A stretch of 64,000 nucleotides of DNA, counting the filler, from Diploschistes diacapsis (taxonomy: Eukaryota), in the NCBI GenBank assembly GCA_023645945.1. It is 27 parts of 27 records of this genome, joined end to end, with 100 filler letters (N's around TTAATTAATTAA, not from the genome) between each part and the next. Parts side by side here need not be neighbours in the genome. Positions count along the whole stretch, not along the records: positions 58,545 to 59,558 come from JALAIB010004309.1; positions 59,659 to 60,672 come from JALAIB010004310.1; positions 60,773 to 61,785 come from JALAIB010004311.1; positions 61,886 to 62,898 come from JALAIB010004312.1; positions 62,999 to 64,000 come from JALAIB010004352.1; 22 more parts are not named here. One strand, 5' to 3'. The notes beneath the pieces are model-generated. The model made no database searches. It saw only the letters and a program-made list of their open reading frames with translations, and was not told the DNA's origin. The position numbers and the translations under genes are program-made. Shown piece by piece: positions 59,266-64,000 of the stretch (the stretch's first letter is position 1; every line of letters begins with the position of its first letter).

Positions 59266-59556
59266 CTAACCCCACACTCCCTGATCATTCTCCCACACAC
59301 ATCGTCCACCAGCGCCTGCATCCGCCCGTCCATCCACATGCCCCAGCAGCTCGAACCCGCACGGGCTCCACAGCCCGTCGTCCTCCGTGAGCCCCTTCCT
59401 CGAACTCATACGCCGGGAACTTGGCCCCGCGATGCAGGTCTTGGTGCCGCGCTCGTCTTCCGTTAAGATGCCGTATTCCTCGCGCAGGGTTACTCGTTTA
59501 CCGTGGGGGGGACAAAAGGGCGCTATTTCTACCCCGATACTCCCATTCCCATTTCC
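59266..59556 (-). CDS. C-terminal fragment of an unknown protein, convergent with the previous gene
   Basis: Open frame GNGNGSIGVEIAPFCPPHGKRVTLREEYG...GRCVWENDQGVWG*. Confidence 0.45.
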   Translation of the reverse strand, partial: GNGNGSIGVEIAPFCPPHGKRVTLREEYGILTEDERGTKTCIAGPSSRRMSSRKGLTEDDGLWSPCGFELLGHVDGRADAGAGGRCVWENDQGVWG

Positions 59557-59658
59557 ACNNNNNNNNNNNNNNNNNNNNNNNNNNNNNNNNNNNNNNNNNN
59601 NNTTAATTAATTAANNNNNNNNNNNNNNNNNNNNNNNNNNNNNNNNNNNNNNNNNNNN

Positions 59659-59964
59659 TAAACCATACACTCGCTAAATATAAGCATGATTTACTAAATT
59701 TAGTAAGTATCGATATCTACGGTCCATTTTTAAAGTCCATTGAGAACAACCAATACCTTATAGAAATCGTAAATAACTACTCGCGCAAAACCTGGTCTAT
59801 CCTATATAAAACCCGAAAAGAAGTCGTTCGCATTATATAATATTAAAAGATAAACGTAAAACTTTAAAATAATAAATAACTTAAGGTAGTACGTCTCGAC
59901 AATATATTTGAATTAATATCCATTATTAAAAATTAAAAGAAAAGTTTAAGAATTCAATTAGAAC
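59659..59964 (+). mobile_element. RIPed Copia integrase core (rve)
   Basis: LVSIDIYGPF..S....Y..EIVNNYSRKTW...VRLDN corresponds to D-x-xGP, D-x-xSR and RSDN. Confidence 0.82.
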
Positions 59965-60556
59965 TAGGCTGGCCGTTTCGTGCCACGGTCACTGACACGG
60001 ACACTACAGCAAAAATTTTCAAAACACGGACACTGACACGGACACGACAGTTAAAATTTTAAAACACGGACACTAACACGGACACTACACTATAATAAAA
60101 GCACGGACACGGACATTGTAATTAAAAATTTTAAAACATTAATACTGATACGGACACTACATTTCCGTGAATTTACCGAAATACTGCAATAAATCCACCG
60201 AAACACTGCAGTAAAATTTTTTTAAAAAAATAAAAGCGTGAGAAATAGGCGTGATAATTCCAAAATTATTAAAATTAAAAAAATAATTTAAAGTATTTCG
60301 ATAAATACACGGACACGGATATCGTAATAAAAAATTTTTCGACACGGATACTAACACGGACATTATACTATAATGAAAGCACGGACACGGACACTGCAAT
60401 TAAAAATTTTAAAACATTGACACTAATACGGACACTGCACTTCCGTAAATCCACGGACACGGACATCGCAGCTAAAAAATCTAAAACACGGACACTGACA
60501 CTGTCAGTGTCCGTGTCACTGACCCGGCCGGGTCAGTGTCAGTGACGGCCAGCCTA
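59965..60556 (+). mobile_element. hAT-like MITE, 592 bp (longest copy), non-matching flanks
   Basis: Both TIRs; flanks ATTAGAAC and CTTTCATA. Confidence 0.9.
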
Positions 60557-61885
60557 CTTTCATAATTAGGTAGCGCTTCTGTTAACCTGCGATAAACTTG
60601 CGGTATATTATCGTCGTTTTCGCTTTCCGGGTTTTTTAATTTAAGACGGAATTTTTTAAACTTTTATAACATNNNNNNNNNNNNNNNNNNNNNNNNNNNN
60701 NNNNNNNNNNNNNNNNTTAATTAATTAANNNNNNNNNNNNNNNNNNNNNNNNNNNNNNNNNNNNNNNNNNNNGTATTAACGTCGTAACCGTAATATTTTT
60801 ATTATATATAATCCGCATAATTGATCGGTCGTCTTTTATTATTACTATAATAAACTTAATAAACGTCAATTTATTTATATTAATACTATAAATTAACGAA
60901 AGTTCATATAATATATAATAAGACAACATTATTTTTATATTATATAGTATAATTCTTCTGTTTTTAGATAGAATTAATAGAAAGTAATGTTTTAATTATA
61001 TCTTAATATTAATTTTATATCATTTATTATGATATTCGAGGCGGATGAAGTTAAAGTTTATCGGAATAAAAATAATAACTCCGATTTATTCTTAGAAATA
61101 TGCTATACAGAAATTAGTAATTAATATGTATTTTATATAATATTTATTAACCTTATTGATTCGATTAATTTATCCCGAAAACGATAACGAATCGTCTTTG
61201 AATTTTCTGTTGTTCTATATATATGCCATTAGATGGTATTAATAGAAAGATATTAACTATTATCTCGATACTTAAATATTTTGGATTCTTATCGTAAAGC
61301 TCGTCGACTCTCTATTTTAATAAGTAAAAGACGCGGGGTTAATGTAGCAAATCCGCGTAATATACGGATTATTAATTAATCTCATCTTTGTCCGCGGTTT
61401 CTATCTCGTTGTTTATTATGATATCCAGCTCGTCTCCCGATTCGTTTAATTCTATATTCTTTATTTCGTCGTTCTAATTATTCTTTTTTTCGTTTTTCGT
61501 TTCGATTTTATAATTATTATCTTTATAATTAATATCTTTTTAATTAATGTATCTAATAGTGTTAAAGCCTCGTATATCGTCTAAATTATTCTTTAATAAA
61601 TCTTAAAGATCGTTTAAATTATTTAAATATTTATTAACCGCGAGCTTCAACCCGTATCCCACCAGTTTACCGTTGAAAGTAAGCTCGGCCATAAGCGATA
61701 CTTAAATTAATCGAAATAGAATGCGCTGCCGTTCGCGATTTTATTAATATTATTTAATAGTTAACCGATATACGTATTCTAATATNNNNNNNNNNNNNNN
61801 NNNNNNNNNNNNNNNNNNNNNNNNNNNNNTTAATTAATTAANNNNNNNNNNNNNNNNNNNNNNNNNNNNNNNNNNNNNNNNNNNN

Positions 61886-62893
61886 CCTGCGCTCCCACTC
61901 CCTCCACCCCGCCTCGACCAGGTCCTCCTCCGTGCACAGATCCCGCACCCGCAACGCCCTGCACACCCCCGTCTCCAAGCCCCACTCGAGCCATCCCGCC
62001 CTGCGCAGCCACGACGTCGCAGCGAACCACAGCACGGCCGAGATCCAGCCCGCGCTGCACCCGACCAGCACCTGTCGCGGCGTGTGGTAGTCGAGATAGA
62101 CGCGCGACGCGGCGACGACGGCGGCGAGAGCGAGGACGAGGGTGGAGGCCAGCATGGGGATGTGGAGCGCGGGGAGGGCGGAGGGTTGGGCGCAAGGCGG
62201 GAGCTGAGCTGGAGCCGGGTTTTTTTTTGGGGTTGGTGGGCTGGTTATTGTGGTACTGGAGATGGCTGTGGAGTGGAAGGTGGCGGAATGCGTGGGTTTC
62301 GGAAGGGAGGAAGAAGAGGAGGGGGCGTGCGGCTGGTGGAGACGCAAACGTGGTTGTGGTTGCGGTTGTGGTGTATGCCGCCGCAGCAGTAGGAACAGCG
62401 AGAGGTACGTCGCGAAGAAGACGAGGAACTGCGCGTGCGAGGAGGGCATGCCGTACCCCTTGCCTAGCATTGCTGTGCGCCACACCTCATGTCATTAGCC
62501 CTCGTGTTTTGTTTTTTTTTGGTTTGGTTTTGTTTCGGTTTGGGGTTCGTTTCGCTGCGTGCTTAAGCTGGAGGAATGGGAAGTGAAAGTGTATTAGGGA
62601 GGTGCGTCGGGCAGCTGCTGGTTTCTCTTTCTCTCTTTCCTATGCTCCTTTCTGGGATCGGCCGCAGCGGTGGCTGGTTCGGAGGGATTGCGTAGACACT
62701 CACCCCTCGGCCGCTCCTCCCGTATGGCCCGCTTCAGCGCAAAGTTCAGCGCCTCGCACCCGATCTGCCCGGCGAACATGAGCCCGATCTCCACCTCGCG
62801 CGTCGCCGAGAGGAGGGTGAGATAGGTGATACAGAGGCCCTGCGGGATGAGCGCGAGCCATGCGCAGAGGTAGGAGATGCTGTCAGAGGGATC
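61886..62893 (-). CDS. CAX4: Dolichyl-diphosphatase (PAP2 family), partial at both ends; exons 62893-62704 and 62472-61886
   Basis: ISYLCAWLALIPQ...TREVEIGLMFAGQIGCEALNFALKRAIREERP, GYGMPSSHAQF, SRVYLDYHTPRQVLVG, RVRDL. Confidence 0.93.
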
Positions 62894-62998
62894 CTGAGNN
62901 NNNNNNNNNNNNNNNNNNNNNNNNNNNNNNNNNNNNNNNNNNTTAATTAATTAANNNNNNNNNNNNNNNNNNNNNNNNNNNNNNNNNNNNNNNNNNNN

Positions 62999-63435
62999 AG
63001 GATATTAGCTATCGTCGGTAAACCATTCCACCTAACGTACTCTATATTGAACGTTTATTCCTCGCCTGAGGCCCCTTCTGGCGTCGAGGATTTCCTCGAG
63101 CTCCTATTCTTTTTTAACCTTTATTTCTATCGGAAATAATCTAGGATGCGTCTGTCTTTTTAAGGGATCCTGCGGGTCTTTTAAAAATAAGAACGCGTAA
63201 AACGTTTTAAATTATTTTATCGACGTTAATAGATCTAGCTCGAAGTCGACTTCGCTTATCTTTCGTAAAACGTTATAAAGATCGTTCTATTTATTATTTA
63301 ATTTTTTATAGGTTTAGATAATTTTAATATTACGTATGTCTAATTAGACCCAGTCGCCGAAATTAATTTTTTTAACGGGACGTCGGTATTCGTTCGCGTA
63401 TCGCTTTTATCGTTCTTGCGTTAGAATTATATATC
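62999..63435 (-). mobile_element. RIPed chromovirus integrase C-terminus and chromodomain
   Basis: AQER*KRYAN..RR...GDWV*L..RNI...FELDL...DP.DPL..Q...E*ELEEILDARR...QYRVR*V.W. Confidence 0.82.
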
Positions 63436-64000
63436 TGTAAAGGATAAAATGCAGTAGTGTGGTAGTAATGGTCATAGTATTCATGAACTAATCTCTAGAA
63501 AAGAAAGTAGGAGATTTCCTACTGAAAACTCCTCTTATATAAGCCCGCGGCCTTAGCGCGGTATTAAGGCTAAAGTCTTCCGCTCGCCCGAAAAACTGTT
63601 ATAAATATTTATCATAATTACCTCCCCCTTTCTTAGTTCTAGATTTTTAGAGCCGTTGCTCACGTTTATCCAAAAACTCCCGTAAAGGTCCCGATGTACC
63701 CCCGCTAACTCCGCGGAAACGTAACGGATATAAATCCGCCGTTAAACGAGAAACTTACCGACACGATCCCGATTAATTGATATATAAACCGATATCGATT
63801 CTTAAATACACGAAACGTAAATATAAGTCACGTATATTTATAGATTATAACATATAACGATTTTATAAAATTAATATATTAATAAAATAAATCCTTTTAT
63901 TTCTTAATAATTCTTTATAACTCGTACAATTCTTATATCTTTCTTACTTCTTTATCTTTAAATATAATTTAAATAAATTAACAATCCATTAAATAAAATC
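63436..64000 (-). mobile_element. 3' end of an LTR retrotransposon: internal region, PPT (AAGGGGGAGG) and 3' LTR-F (~63616-63436)
   Basis: Purine tract, TATATAAG and ...CCTTTACA end; homologous to 37744-38350. Confidence 0.8.

Noticed and set aside
58497..59339. 280-aa minus-strand ORF with poly-Phe
   Set aside because: Artefact of the (AAG)n microsatellite and antisense to a GC-rich coding fragment.
59965..60556. ACGGACAC repeat-spacer pattern resembling CRISPR or an iteron array
   Set aside because: Eukaryotic context, repetitive rather than unique spacers, bounded by TIRs, and no cas genes. It is a MITE.
18025..62998. Regularly spaced TTAATTAATTAA motif every ~1.1 kb
   Set aside because: Artificial six-frame-stop linker flanked by Ns. 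It is not an array, and gene or TE neighbourhoods across it are not real.
37332..64000. AT-rich contigs as mitochondrial, bacterial or alternative-genetic-code DNA
   Set aside because: Stops fall at TGG>TAG and CAA>TAA-type positions in recognisable TE motifs and copies differ by transitions, which RIP explains.
1..64000. tRNA, rRNA or snRNA genes; secondary-metabolite cluster; Starship captain
   Set aside because: No supporting motifs seen by eye; covariance-model and HMM searches would be needed to exclude them formally.

Overview
Fungal DNA from a filamentous ascomycete (Pezizomycotina-type), made of 27 unrelated contigs joined by 26 artificial 100-bp linkers (N44-TTAATTAATTAA-N44), so adjacency across a linker has no biological meaning. 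Two ~18-kb contigs are gene-rich. Contig 1-18024 encodes a group I G-alpha, a REEP/HVA22 protein, TANGO2/NRDE, a Trp-rich orphan, MED27, an RRM protein, a frameshifted GDSL/CE16 esterase and a 1040-aa Ser-rich protein. Contig 19244-37231 encodes HRP1, GYP1, a GPI-anchored GH128, an FLC/TRP channel, DPB2, NASP/Hif1 and a Yippee protein. The rest are ~1-kb contigs, mostly heavily RIP-mutated AT-rich transposon debris with nested insertions: Gypsy/chromovirus, Copia, Fot1/pogo-type DNA transposons, several LTR families and a 6-copy hAT-like MITE family. Partial TFB4 and CAX4 genes also occur there. Most notable signals: a Tf1-like self-priming PBS/LTR complementarity, the modular hAT-like MITE with mostly mismatched TSDs, solo LTRs validated by empty-site copies within the window, the 19-Trp orphan whose stop is 2 bp from the MED27 stop, the 874-bp HRP1 intron, and two single-A insertions in the esterase. 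I found no clearly new multi-gene system. Gene models and alignments were read by eye; no database searches were run.
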